Source: Bacteroidota bacterium (GTDB taxonomy: Bacteria > Bacteroidota > Bacteroidia > AKYH767-A > OLB10). From it: a stretch of 64,000 nt of DNA. The translations under genes were made by a program, and so were the position numbers. Shown in pieces: positions 20,856 through 31,298 of the stretch (the first letter of the stretch is position 1; every line of letters begins with the position of its first letter). The notes below the pieces were generated by a model, which made no database searches, was not told the origin of the DNA, and saw only the letters and a program-made list of their open reading frames with translations. The DNA lies in the NCBI GenBank assembly GCA_024643795.1, contig JAHEMF010000002.1, positions 14-64,013 on the forward strand. The letters run 5' to 3'.

Positions 20856-21800
20856 ATGTTTTCAGGACTTTTTAAGGACAAACCCATTCTCAACAAGTTC
20901 TTTATTGTAATTGGTGTGGTGCTCCTTGTTACCGGGGTATTGACTATAGGCACCGCTTTTTTGTGTAAAATCTTGTACGGTGTAGATATGATGTCTTCAC
21001 CGGATATATTATCCCAAACTGATGATCCTGCGGTCCTGAGTTCATTGAAATTGATTCAAACTATTGGAACCGGAATAGGCATGTTCGTGATCCCGGGATT
21101 TATCTTAGGGTATCTTTTTAGTAATGATACTTTCGGATACCTGAATTTGCGGAAAGGTGTAAGTGGATTTCAGGTAGTTCTTATACTAACATTATTGATT
21201 GTTGCAGTTCCATTGGTCAACTTTCTTATTGCATTCAATGAGAATATGCAATTGCCACAATTCCTTTCATCACTGGAAGAATGGATGAGGCAAAGTGAGG
21301 CAGCTGCACAAGATCTTACTGTTGCATTTTTGGATATGCATTCAGTTACCGATCTTCTTTTCAACCTGTTTATGATGGCAGTATTGCCGGCATTAGGTGA
21401 AGAATTGATTTTTAGAGGAATTATTCAGCGGCTATTCAAAGAACTTACCGGTAACATTCATATTGCAATTATTTTGGCAGCAATTATTTTTAGTGCATTC
21501 CATATGCAGTTTTATGGATTCATTCCACGAATGCTGCTGGGAGTTTTGTTTGGCTATCTGCTATACTGGACAGGCAGTTTATGGTTGCCTATAATTGCTC
21601 ACTTTGTTAATAATGCGCTGGCAGTTACACTGGCATGGCTTAATCGCGACATGGCACTACCTTTTGATCAGGATACTATTGGTACCGGAGAGGGTGAATG
21701 GAAGCTGGTAGTTGTTTCTCTGATACTTACTTCCATGATAATAGTGATGATTAGACGAAGTACGTTACTGAACAGTATGCAGAGTGATGAGAATGTCTGA
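20856..21800 (+). CDS. CPBP (CAAX/Abi) family intramembrane metalloprotease
   Basis: EELIFRG, FSAFH and AHFVNN motifs; multiple TM helices. Confidence 0.9.
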   Translation: MFSGLFKDKPILNKFFIVIGVVLLVTGVLTIGTAFLCKILYGVDMMSSPDILSQTDDPAVLSSLKLIQTIGTGIGMFVIPGFILGYLFSNDTFGYLNLRKGVSGFQVVLILTLLIVAVPLVNFLIAFNENMQLPQFLSSLEEWMRQSEAAAQDLTVAFLDMHSVTDLLFNLFMMAVLPALGEELIFRGIIQRLFKELTGNIHIAIILAAIIFSAFHMQFYGFIPRMLLGVLFGYLLYWTGSLWLPIIAHFVNNALAVTLAWLNRDMALPFDQDTIGTGEGEWKLVVVSLILTSMIIVMIRRSTLLNSMQSDENV

Positions 21801-21811
21801 AATGCAACTAT

Positions 21812-23020
21812 TTACTTTTTTTGAGATACACGGTATACAATGCCAGTAGGGCTCTTAGGGCCAAATAATTTTTGGGTTAGCAGGTATATCTCACCGTTTT
21901 GATCCTGACCCATGGCGTTGATCTTACCACTGATATCATTGGAGCCGGAATCATCTACATCAGGTATTATAAATTTCCATGTACCTCCGGGTTGTGGAGC
22001 CAGGATGAATAGTTTGCCAGACCAGTCGCCAAAAATATAATGACCTTGGAGCAATGGATTATTATTGCCCCTATAAACATACCCGCCACAAACACTAATA
22101 CCCTTTCCATGATCGTACTCTGCTATGGGTTTGATCAGGTTATTTGTAGGGCAATTTTCTTTTGGATCAAAGCAATGTAGTCCTTCCATTATACGCCAAC
22201 CGTAGTTCCCACCTTTTTCAATGATATTGACTTCTTCATATGTATTTTGACCAACATCACCGCAGAACAGTTTTCCACTGGGAGCATCGAATGAGAACCG
22301 CCAAGGGTTTCTAAGTCCATAAGCCCAGATCTCTGCCCTTGTATTTTCCTGTCCTACAAATGGGTTGTCATAGGGTATAGCATAGGGCTTTCTCCCGTTA
22401 ACATCAATTCGTAAGATCTTACCCAACAATGTATTCAGGTTTTGTCCGTTCCCAATGGTGCCATGCTGATCACCACCACCGCCTCCATCACCGGTGCCAA
22501 TATATAAATACATGTCCGAACCAAATGCCAGCATGCCTCCGTTATGATTTGATTCCGGCTGATATATCTCCATTATGACGATCTCTTCTGGAGCTGCCTT
22601 GTTCATGTCAGTTTTTGAAACATGGTACTCGGCTATGATACTTTTATGGTCGAGTGAAGGATGTTTGTACGGTGCTGAATAATAAACGAATAACCTGCCA
22701 TTATTTTTATAGTCGGGATGAAAAGCCAGTCCTAATAATCCCTTCTCACTGTAAGCGATATTCAAGCCGTCCAGTTTTGATGAAATGTTTAAGAAAGGTT
22801 CTTCCAGCAATTTTCCATCCTTTATGATTTTGATCTTACCGCCTTGTTCATGCACAAACATTCTGTTGGTGCCATCATCCGGACAAGCCATCCCAACCGG
22901 TGATACAATTCCTCTTGTTACTTCGGTTAGGGTGAGGGAAATTGGTTGAGAGGTAGCTGTAGTCCATATCCCCGTAAGGGTGATATATACTAGTAAGCGT
23001 TCCAATAAACGATATTTCAT
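21812..23020 (-). CDS. PQQ-dependent sugar dehydrogenase (GSDH family beta-propeller)
   Basis: EKGLLGLAFHP, NHNGG, GKILRIDV, YGLRNPWR and GGNYGW motifs; signal peptide. Confidence 0.88.
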   Translation of the reverse strand: MKYRLLERLLVYITLTGIWTTATSQPISLTLTEVTRGIVSPVGMACPDDGTNRMFVHEQGGKIKIIKDGKLLEEPFLNISSKLDGLNIAYSEKGLLGLAFHPDYKNNGRLFVYYSAPYKHPSLDHKSIIAEYHVSKTDMNKAAPEEIVIMEIYQPESNHNGGMLAFGSDMYLYIGTGDGGGGGDQHGTIGNGQNLNTLLGKILRIDVNGRKPYAIPYDNPFVGQENTRAEIWAYGLRNPWRFSFDAPSGKLFCGDVGQNTYEEVNIIEKGGNYGWRIMEGLHCFDPKENCPTNNLIKPIAEYDHGKGISVCGGYVYRGNNNPLLQGHYIFGDWSGKLFILAPQPGGTWKFIIPDVDDSGSNDISGKINAMGQDQNGEIYLLTQKLFGPKSPTGIVYRVSQKK

Positions 23021-23117
23021 AGCGTGCGAACTAAATTAAAAGTATAAGGTATTGGTTTTTCATGCAATTATACATTTATATGTGATTTTTATCCGGAACG
23101 TAACTTAGTAACTTCAC

Positions 23118-23186
23118 ATTGAACCTGAGTGCGCTTCATTCGGTTTATCGCGAACCCGTGACTAAATATCACGGGTATCGCATTTT
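23118..23186 (+). ncRNA. Candidate small RNA (two hairpins, own promoter-like element and terminator)
   Basis: TAACTTCAC at 23109-23117; hairpins at 23122-23145 and 23150-23181; ends in ATTTT. Confidence 0.35.
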
Positions 23187-23280
23187 ATAGGAGTTGGTGA
23201 CAAAAATTACAGGCAAAATTCATTGAATTGACGTTACTTTGCAACTTGATTTCTCAGTTAATAATCATTAAATTATCAAA

Positions 23281-24144
23281 GTGCAAAATTCAAATCCGGC
23301 CACGAACATCACTATTGAAAGAGACCTGAAACTTACAGGGAAACATGGTAGGCCATTCCTTACGGATATTGCATACAGTGCAACCGGTTCAAAATCTCCG
23401 ATAATAATATTTTCACACGGGTTTAAAGGTTTCAAGGACTGGGGCCCATTCAATATGATGGCTTTGGAATTTGCTCAAGCCGGATTTCATTTTGTGAAAT
23501 TCAACTTCGCATTCAATGGCACCACTCTTGAATCACCTTGTGATTTTATTGATCTGGATGCATTTGGCCAAAATAATTTCACTCATGAGTTAAATGATCT
23601 GGATGTAGTGATCAGCTGGATCAAGAATAGCAGGGAAATTGATTCTGACCAACCGATCTTTTTATTGGGCCATAGCAGAGGTGGTGGCATAAGTATTTTA
23701 AAAGCACATACCGATTCAAGAATTTTGGCTGTAGCCGGATGGGGATCGGTCACCAGCTTTTCAAAACATATAAGTATCAGTGATATCCGCAAATGGAAAA
23801 ATGATGGTGTACTTTATGTTGAGAACGCCAGAACCGGTCAGCTTATGCCATTATATGTTCAATTATATTATGATTTCTTAAAGAACAGGGATCTGTTCAA
23901 TATCAGAAATGCAGTTAGTGCTATGGCCAAACCGGTATTGCTGGTACATGGTACTGATGATGAAACTATCCCTGTTTCACGAGCCAGAGAAATGGTTCAA
24001 TTGAATACTGCACTACAACTAATTGAAGTCCCTGGGTCAGACCATGCATTCGGTGCTTCGCACCCAATGGAATCTGGTACATTACCGCCAGACCTTAAAC
24101 TTACCATTGATACAACCGCCGGGTTCTTCCTTAAACATTTGTAG
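23281..24144 (+). CDS. Alpha/beta hydrolase (dienelactone hydrolase/peptidase S9-like)
   Basis: HGFKGFKDWG, GHSRGGG, VHGTDDE and DHAFG catalytic-triad motifs. Confidence 0.85.
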   Translation: MQNSNPATNITIERDLKLTGKHGRPFLTDIAYSATGSKSPIIIFSHGFKGFKDWGPFNMMALEFAQAGFHFVKFNFAFNGTTLESPCDFIDLDAFGQNNFTHELNDLDVVISWIKNSREIDSDQPIFLLGHSRGGGISILKAHTDSRILAVAGWGSVTSFSKHISISDIRKWKNDGVLYVENARTGQLMPLYVQLYYDFLKNRDLFNIRNAVSAMAKPVLLVHGTDDETIPVSRAREMVQLNTALQLIEVPGSDHAFGASHPMESGTLPPDLKLTIDTTAGFFLKHL

Positions 24145-24187
24145 TCTTTTATTTCCCCGCTTGCATTGCTTATTTTCGCCATTGGAT

Positions 24188-25327
24188 ATGAAGATCGCAA
24201 TTGCTGGTACCCGTGGTATCCCTAATGATTATGGTGGTTTTGAACAGTGTGCTCAATACCTTTCAGTTATATTGGCTGAAAAAGGACATGAGGTCACAGT
24301 CTTTAATTCACATGATCATCAATTCAAAGAATCCACTTATAAAGGTGTAGCTATAAAGCATATTTATAATCCTGAAAATAACATTGGAGCTGCAGGAAAT
24401 TTTATCTATGATTATCTATGCATGCGATATGCAATAGTCAATAAATTTGATGTGATTCTGATGTTGGGTTATACTACAGCAAGTATGTTTTATCCATTAA
24501 TGGATTTTGGAAAAACAGCATTGGTTACTAATATGGATGGTCTGGAATGGAAACGCGATAAGTGGAATAGTGCGGTTAAAAAACTTGCGCTGTGGTTTGA
24601 AAAGCTTGCAGCAAAATATTCACACTTTCATATTGCTGATAACGAAAGGATCAGAGATTATCTTGTATCAAAATACAATATTGATCCGGTGTGTATTCCT
24701 TATGGCAGCGATATGATCAGCTCATTTGATAAAAGTGTGATAGAGCAATATGAAGTTGAACCGGGCAGGTATAGTTTACTCATTGCAAGGCTTGAACCTG
24801 AGAACAATATCAGAATGGTTTTACAAGGGTATTCGGCTTCGGCACTTCAGGAACCTTTATTGGTGATCGGCAAAGTGAACACCAAATATGGTTTAGATCT
24901 GCAAAGAGAGTATTCAGGCGATAAAAGGATTTGGTTTTTAGGAGGTATATACAACATCGGACACCTTAATAACCTGAGGCATTTTAGCAAGATATACTTC
25001 CACGGACATTCAGTTGGAGGCACCAACCCATCACTGCTTGAAGCTATGGCTTCAGGATGTCTGATAATGGCTCACGGTAACGATTTCAATAAATGGGTGA
25101 CAGGCGATGACGCGTTGTATTTCAGTTCTGTAGATGAAATTACCGGTGTTTTGGATGCCCCGGGTACTCTCGAAGCCCTGAGGAACAGGATGACAGAAAA
25201 TAATTTAACCAAAATTGAAGGGCCATTCAGTTGGGAAGTCGTTGCAGCTTCATACGAAAAGAAACTTGAAAACTCTGTGAATAGATTTCAGAGCTGGTTG
25301 CAACCGGAATTGCAGGATAATACTTAA
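24188..25327 (+). CDS. GT4 glycosyltransferase with a DUF1972-type N-terminus (rhamnosyltransferase-like)
   Basis: GTRGIPNDYGGFE, NMDGLEWKR.KW, ARLEPENN and HGHSVGGTNPSLLEAM motifs; start at ATG 24188. Confidence 0.88.
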   Translation: MKIAIAGTRGIPNDYGGFEQCAQYLSVILAEKGHEVTVFNSHDHQFKESTYKGVAIKHIYNPENNIGAAGNFIYDYLCMRYAIVNKFDVILMLGYTTASMFYPLMDFGKTALVTNMDGLEWKRDKWNSAVKKLALWFEKLAAKYSHFHIADNERIRDYLVSKYNIDPVCIPYGSDMISSFDKSVIEQYEVEPGRYSLLIARLEPENNIRMVLQGYSASALQEPLLVIGKVNTKYGLDLQREYSGDKRIWFLGGIYNIGHLNNLRHFSKIYFHGHSVGGTNPSLLEAMASGCLIMAHGNDFNKWVTGDDALYFSSVDEITGVLDAPGTLEALRNRMTENNLTKIEGPFSWEVVAASYEKKLENSVNRFQSWLQPELQDNT

Positions 25328-25336
25328 ACTTGTTAT

Positions 25337-26959
25337 ATGATAAAACCAATCTCCCATAAGGGCTTTTATCTCGTAACGGTGATATGGATACTTTTATTCC
25401 CGGCCTTTTCGCAAGCTCAACATTATTATACACCCCTTCAAAAGGATATATTGCGATCATATGATGAGCATGTATATGGCTTTCATCCGGATTTTCACAG
25501 TTCTATTAAACCTTATATCAGCGAGGAGGTAGCTGAATATACCAACCCTGACAGTGTAACATATTTTGACAGACAAAAGGAAATATGGAGTGATAAGTGG
25601 ATAGGCAGAAAAATTTGGCGTGAACATTTGCTCGATCATCGTGAGGAAGATTATCACATTTATTTAAGTCCATATTTTGATTTTACCGGAGGCAGGTCAT
25701 CTGATGACTATGGTGATGAGAATATCCTTATTAATTCCAGGGGATTGATAGCCGGAGGAGAGTTTGGAGAACGCTTTTCATTCCGAACATCATTTCTTGA
25801 ATCTCTATCTGATTTTCCTACATATGTTGATTCAGCTATACAACAAACTTATGTAATACCTGGAGGGTCTAGAACCAAGACCCTTAATGGAAAATATGAT
25901 TATGGAGTTGTATCCGGAACCATTTCATATCGTTTAAAAAAATATTTCAGTTTCCAGTTTGGGCATGATAAGAATTTTATTGGAGATGGTTACAGGTCTA
26001 TGCTTTTATCAGATAACAGTTACAACTACCCGTTCTTTAAGATCAATGCTAAATTCTGGAAGATAAAATATATGGTGCTATATGCATTTTTTCAGGATGG
26101 GCCATACCAAACGATCAATGATGAAGTGTTCGACAGAAAATATGGAACATTCCATTATCTTGATATTAATATAGGTAAACGTTTATCCTTGGGAGTTATG
26201 GAAGCTATCATCTGGGATGACAGCTCTCGAGGGTACGATATTAATTACCTGAACCCTATCATCTTTTTACGTCCTGTAGAGTTTTCGATAGGTTCTCCTG
26301 ATAATGCTTTACTCGGGTTAAACTTAAAGTTCATGACCACGGAACACAGTTATCTTTACGGCCAGCTTATGCTTGATGAATTCAAGATTGAGGAGGTGAG
26401 GGCTGGTGATGGGTGGTGGGGAAACAAGCAGGGTTTCCAGCTGGGTGGGCGTGTAATGCATTTATTTGGTGTAAAGCATCTGGATGTGTTTGCTGAGTAT
26501 AACTATGCACGGCCATACCTATATCAGCACCGCAGTTCCCGAACCGCTTATGCTCACTATAATCAGCCTCTCGCACATCCGCTGGGAGGTAATTTCAAAG
26601 AGGCAGTTACCGGTGTGTCCTGGTCATATAAAGGATTTAATATGGATGTGATGGTGAACATGGCAGAAGTAGGGTATGATTATGACAGCACGGGAACTAA
26701 GACTAACTATGGTAATAACGTGTTGCTTAGCTATGAAACCAGAGATAATGAATATGGTAATAAGACCGGGCAAGGGTTGAATACAGATATTCTTAACGTA
26801 TCTCTACGGACCTGGTATGTAATTAACCCTGCTTATAACCTTGCTATTCAAGCCGGTGTCAGATTCAGGAACTCATCTAATATTAACGGAGATTTCAACA
26901 CTACATTTTTCTCAATTGGATTAAGTACTAGGTTAACAAATGCCTATTTTGATTTCTAA
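25337..26959 (+). CDS. Outer-membrane beta-barrel protein, RemB/Wzi-like
   Basis: Signal peptide; GHDKNFIGDGYRSMLLSD, YLNPIIFLRPVE and HYNQPLAHPLG motifs; C-terminal YFDF. Confidence 0.65.
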   Translation: MIKPISHKGFYLVTVIWILLFPAFSQAQHYYTPLQKDILRSYDEHVYGFHPDFHSSIKPYISEEVAEYTNPDSVTYFDRQKEIWSDKWIGRKIWREHLLDHREEDYHIYLSPYFDFTGGRSSDDYGDENILINSRGLIAGGEFGERFSFRTSFLESLSDFPTYVDSAIQQTYVIPGGSRTKTLNGKYDYGVVSGTISYRLKKYFSFQFGHDKNFIGDGYRSMLLSDNSYNYPFFKINAKFWKIKYMVLYAFFQDGPYQTINDEVFDRKYGTFHYLDINIGKRLSLGVMEAIIWDDSSRGYDINYLNPIIFLRPVEFSIGSPDNALLGLNLKFMTTEHSYLYGQLMLDEFKIEEVRAGDGWWGNKQGFQLGGRVMHLFGVKHLDVFAEYNYARPYLYQHRSSRTAYAHYNQPLAHPLGGNFKEAVTGVSWSYKGFNMDVMVNMAEVGYDYDSTGTKTNYGNNVLLSYETRDNEYGNKTGQGLNTDILNVSLRTWYVINPAYNLAIQAGVRFRNSSNINGDFNTTFFSIGLSTRLTNAYFDF

Positions 26960-27107
26960 CTCTTTGTTTGTCAGTTTTTTTGGATGTTTACGTCGTATTT
27001 ACTAAATTGACACTTCAGCCTTTATTACTTAGGTTAATTAATTAATGAAAGTTTAACCTTATTACGAGTATTGCGCCGTAATTTTGAACTCTAGCTAAGT
27101 ACCAAAT

Positions 27108-28175
27108 ATGATCAACATTGCATTCGGTTGTATCACTGCATTTCTCATCACCTTTCTGGCAATTCCATCTATCATCAAGGTTGCTATAATTAAGAACCTG
27201 ATCGATGAACCTGGTGAAAGGAAATCACATAAATCAAGTATTCCAACCCTTGGAGGGCTTGCCATATTTGCTGGAGTTGTTTTTAGTTTCACATTCTGGT
27301 CTGCCGGTTTCGATAACCTGATGACTCAGTATATAATCGCAGCTATCATTGTACTTTTCTTTGTAGGGATCAAAGATGATATTGTAGAATTAACAGCACG
27401 AAAGAAATTTGCCGGGCAACTGATAAGTGCTATCATTATTGTATTGTTTGCAAATATCAGACTAACCTCCATGTATGGGATCTTTGGCGTATACGAAGTG
27501 CCTTATTGGTTCAGTATTCTTTTCTCAATTTTCACCATTCTGGTAATAATAAACTCATATAATCTGATTGATGGTATCGATGGGCTTGCCGGAGGTATTG
27601 GCACCATCGCTGCTTTTACTTTTGGCTTGTGGTTTTACAATTATAATGAGATCACTTTGTGTATTCTAGCATTTACTTTGTTTGCCTCTTTACTCGCGTT
27701 TCTGGTATATAATTTTTCACCGGCCACAATATTTATGGGAGATACCGGCTCATTGATAGTGGGGTTGATCCTTGCGGCCCTCACTGTAAGTTTCATTGAA
27801 TTGAGTTTCTCTTCGCCACCTTACGCATTCCCATTCCGTTCAAGTCCTGCTATGGCCGTTGCTATATTAATAATTCCACTGGTGGATACTTTCAGGGTAT
27901 TTGTTGTGAGGCTGCTCAATGGTAAAAGTCCTTTTAAAGCTGACCGAAACCATCTTCATCATCAATTGCTTGACCTTGGCATGTCACATAGGTTGGCATG
28001 TGTTATACTATTTGGCATAAACCTTTTCTTTATTTTCATTGCTTTGGTGCTGAGAGACATAAGTAGTCTCACTTTGCTTATGATTCTGGTGATCATGGCA
28101 ATCGCACTCAGTATTTCACCCTTTTTGATCAGGTTTGTCATTCCCAAAAGCAAAACTTACAATATCAAGACCTAG
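27108..28175 (+). CDS. WecA/MraY-like undecaprenyl-phosphate GlcNAc-1-phosphate transferase
   Basis: PTLGGLAI, GIKDD, NLIDGIDGLA, FMGDTGS and DRNHLHH motifs. Confidence 0.9.
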   Translation: MINIAFGCITAFLITFLAIPSIIKVAIIKNLIDEPGERKSHKSSIPTLGGLAIFAGVVFSFTFWSAGFDNLMTQYIIAAIIVLFFVGIKDDIVELTARKKFAGQLISAIIIVLFANIRLTSMYGIFGVYEVPYWFSILFSIFTILVIINSYNLIDGIDGLAGGIGTIAAFTFGLWFYNYNEITLCILAFTLFASLLAFLVYNFSPATIFMGDTGSLIVGLILAALTVSFIELSFSSPPYAFPFRSSPAMAVAILIIPLVDTFRVFVVRLLNGKSPFKADRNHLHHQLLDLGMSHRLACVILFGINLFFIFIALVLRDISSLTLLMILVIMAIALSISPFLIRFVIPKSKTYNIKT

Positions 28176-28237
28176 CTATGTTATTTTAGGGCAATTCACG
28201 ATCCACTTGTTATCTTTGCGAATCAGATTGATCACTT

Positions 28238-29662
28238 GTGAATCCTAAAGCAACATTCAGACAGATCCAGACACAGCTGGATAGTGGCAAAGAATCCTGC
28301 ACTTCCATAGTTGGTGCATACCTTTCTCGCATCAGAGAGAATTCACACCTCAATGCCTTTCTTGAGGTTTTTGAAGAAGAAGCTTTGAATAAAGCAAAAG
28401 AAATAGATATACGGATCAGATCAGGAAAGGCGGGAAGGCTTGCCGGAATGGTACTCGGTTTAAAAGACAACATCTGTTATAAACAACATAAAGTATCAGC
28501 ATCTTCTAAGATCCTTGAAGGTTTTGAGTCGTTGTATTCTGCCACTGTAGTTGAAAAACTTTTAAAAGAGGATGTCATCATTATTGGCAGATTAAATTGT
28601 GATGAGTTTGCAATGGGTTCTTCAAACGAGAATTCAGCATTTGGAAATGTAAAGAACCCGATTGATAATGAGAGAGTCCCCGGAGGTTCATCAGGGGGAT
28701 CGGTGGCAGCTGTGGCTGCAGGGTTGTGTACAGCAGCTCTAGGATCAGATACAGGGGGTTCTATCAGACAACCTGCATCTTTTTGTGGGCTGGTAGGATT
28801 AAAACCGGGTTATGGAAGAGTTTCACGTCATGGACTATTAGCTTATGCCTCTTCATTTGATCAGATAGGACCAGTTGCAAATGACATATACGACGCTGCT
28901 CTGCTTTTGGAAATAATGGCTGGTCACGATGATTATGACTCAACAGCTTCTCAGGTAGCTCCAGAATTGTACACTACTTTTCTTGAATCGGATAGTTCAC
29001 AAAAGAAAAAAGTAGCAGTAATAAAAGAATGCATTGAAGACCCAGGTCTTGATCAGGAGATAAAAAATCATTTGCTTGATAAAATAGAATCTTTAAAGTC
29101 AAAAGGATATATAGTTTCGGAGGTCAGCTTCCCTTTTCTCAACCTTATGGTACCTACTTATTATGTGCTTACTACTGCTGAAGCATCATCTAACCTTTCA
29201 AGGTATGGAGGAATACTATATGGGTACAGAAGTAATAAAACAACTGATATTGATTCAGCATTTCGTTTGTCAAGAAGTGAGGGTTTTGGAAAAGAAGTAA
29301 AGCGAAGGATAATGCTGGGAACTTTTGTTCTTAGTGCGGGTTATTATGATGCTTATTATAACAAGGCTCAAAAAGTTAGAAGGATATTAAAAGAGAAAAC
29401 CGAAGCCATATTTAATGATCATGATTTTATTCTTCTCCCAGCTACACCTGATACAGCATTTAAATCTGGTGCAATAAAAGATCCGGTAACAATGTATTTG
29501 CAGGATATCTATACTGTGCAGGCGAACCTCACTGGCATCCCGGCCATAAGCATCCCAACCGGAAGCCATTCTAACGGGCTGCCTTTTGGGTTACAGGTAA
29601 TGGCGTCTAAATTCAATGAAGGCCCAATGATGGCTTTTGCTGAAGTTGTTCAAAACCTATAA
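28238..29662 (+). CDS. gatA: Asp/Glu-tRNA amidotransferase subunit A
   Basis: KDN, DEFAMGSS, PGGSSGGS, GSDTGGSIRQPA and EVKRRIMLGTFVLSAGYYDAYY motifs. Confidence 0.95.
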   Translation: MNPKATFRQIQTQLDSGKESCTSIVGAYLSRIRENSHLNAFLEVFEEEALNKAKEIDIRIRSGKAGRLAGMVLGLKDNICYKQHKVSASSKILEGFESLYSATVVEKLLKEDVIIIGRLNCDEFAMGSSNENSAFGNVKNPIDNERVPGGSSGGSVAAVAAGLCTAALGSDTGGSIRQPASFCGLVGLKPGYGRVSRHGLLAYASSFDQIGPVANDIYDAALLLEIMAGHDDYDSTASQVAPELYTTFLESDSSQKKKVAVIKECIEDPGLDQEIKNHLLDKIESLKSKGYIVSEVSFPFLNLMVPTYYVLTTAEASSNLSRYGGILYGYRSNKTTDIDSAFRLSRSEGFGKEVKRRIMLGTFVLSAGYYDAYYNKAQKVRRILKEKTEAIFNDHDFILLPATPDTAFKSGAIKDPVTMYLQDIYTVQANLTGIPAISIPTGSHSNGLPFGLQVMASKFNEGPMMAFAEVVQNL

Positions 29663-29759
29663 GCCTGTTTGTCAGCATGTTATAATTAGCAGGTATTTTG
29701 ACAACAGAATTGATAATTTTGGCGTTAATTTAGTATTCCCCCTGTCAAATAATCATATC

Positions 29760-31298
29760 ATGTTTAGATCCTTTAGTTTAATGCTGTTTGGTTTGTGGAT
29801 GGTTTCATCTGCAACATCAATGGCACAAAATAAAGTGTCAGATGAATCTGCTTCTGATCTGGTTGTTGATATGCTTGATAGTCTGGTAAACCTGAATAAT
29901 GTTATACGTTATCAGGAACTAAATTCAACATCGGGTGATAGTGGATTAACCGACAGGCCGAACACTTATCCGCAATATAGCGATCAAGTTTACACGCAAA
30001 GGATATCAAAAATTCACAGCCCGATCAAATTGACATACAATGAACAGGTTGCAGCTTATATTGATCTTTACGCTTACAAACGTCGTAATTTAACAAGCAG
30101 GGTAATGGGGTTGTCGCAACTTTATTTTCCTTTGTTTGAGGAAACTCTTGATAGGGAGTCGTTGCCTCTTGAATTAAAATATCTTGCTATTGTTGAATCA
30201 GCGCTTAACCCTACTGCGGTCTCCAGAGTTGGTGCCACAGGGCTTTGGCAGTTCATGTATAATACCGGTAAGTTATATGGCTTAAAAGTCAACTCATATT
30301 ATGATGAGCGCCGTGACCCAATCAGTGCAACTAATGCTGCTTGCCAGTATTTTAAAAATATGTATGATATCTACCACGATTGGTTGCTGGTGATAGCTGC
30401 ATATAATTGCGGACCAGGTAATGTAAACAAGGCCATCAGGCGAGCTGGAGGTAAAACGGATTTCTGGGAGATCAGCCCCTACCTTCCTAAAGAAACCAGA
30501 GGCTATGTACCTGCTTTTATTGCAGTTTGTTATGTTATGAATTATAGTGCCGAACATTATATCTTCCCGGTGCTGCCGGCATATAATTACTTTGAAGTTG
30601 ATACTGTGTCGGTAAGTGCCGGAATTTCGCTTTACAAAATATCACAAGCTATTGACATACCAATTGATGTGCTCACCTACCTCAACCCGGTATACAAAAG
30701 AGGAGTGATACCTGCCAGCAATGGAGAAGAGTATTTGAGACTACCTGTCAATAAAATATCAGATTACCTTGATGCTGAGGAAACCCTTTTCAAGCCACTC
30801 CTTGCCGAAACGAGTAATCAGGAATCAATTGTTTCAGATAATACTGAAGATCGGCCATTTACCTACGAATATAAAAAGGTTCGGAAAACATATGTAGTTC
30901 GTAGTGGTGATAATTTATCAGCTATTGCATCAAGAAGTTCATGTTCTGTAAATGATCTGAAATCATGGAACAAACTCAGATCTGATATGATCACCCCGGG
31001 TCAAAGGTTGGCTGTATATCGTACTGAAAAGGTAAAGGTGTATTCACAATCTGTTGATCTGGAAGCTGCAAAACCTGAAAGTGCTACAGAAGATAAGTCT
31101 GCTATCAAACCAAAAGTTCAGGAAAATGATATTCAGATAAAAGTTGTTTATCACATGGTTGAAAAAGGTGATACTTTGTGGAACATTGCCAAAAGATATG
31201 ATGGTGCTACTGTTGAGCAGATCATGGAATTAAACAGCATTAAAGATTCAAAGTCCCTCAAACCGGGTACACGCATAAAGGTTAAGGTAAATGGCTAA
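29760..31298 (+). CDS. mltD: MltD-like lytic transglycosylase with two LysM domains
   Basis: AIVESALNP, GATGLWQFM, AAYNCG and ETRGYVP motifs; two LysM repeats; start at ATG 29760 gives a signal peptide. Confidence 0.88.
   Translation: MFRSFSLMLFGLWMVSSATSMAQNKVSDESASDLVVDMLDSLVNLNNVIRYQELNSTSGDSGLTDRPNTYPQYSDQVYTQRISKIHSPIKLTYNEQVAAYIDLYAYKRRNLTSRVMGLSQLYFPLFEETLDRESLPLELKYLAIVESALNPTAVSRVGATGLWQFMYNTGKLYGLKVNSYYDERRDPISATNAACQYFKNMYDIYHDWLLVIAAYNCGPGNVNKAIRRAGGKTDFWEISPYLPKETRGYVPAFIAVCYVMNYSAEHYIFPVLPAYNYFEVDTVSVSAGISLYKISQAIDIPIDVLTYLNPVYKRGVIPASNGEEYLRLPVNKISDYLDAEETLFKPLLAETSNQESIVSDNTEDRPFTYEYKKVRKTYVVRSGDNLSAIASRSSCSVNDLKSWNKLRSDMITPGQRLAVYRTEKVKVYSQSVDLEAAKPESATEDKSAIKPKVQENDIQIKVVYHMVEKGDTLWNIAKRYDGATVEQIMELNSIKDSKSLKPGTRIKVKVNG

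Noticed and set aside
23240-23270. TGCAAC upstream of the hydrolase gene as a third ECF promoter
   Set aside because: No GTC -10 element at 16-18 nt spacing; the hexamer overlaps a housekeeping-like TTACTTTGC element
24023-24187. Long N-terminal extensions in the ORF track (also for ansA, mltD, metF, lepA, iscS, ferredoxin, SDR)
   Set aside because: They overlap upstream genes, terminators or promoter elements; family motifs or signal peptides begin at the downstream ATGs
28238-29662. gatA without adjacent gatB/gatC as a novel amidase
   Set aside because: All GatA-specific motifs are present, and dispersed gat genes next to mltD are usual in Bacteroidota
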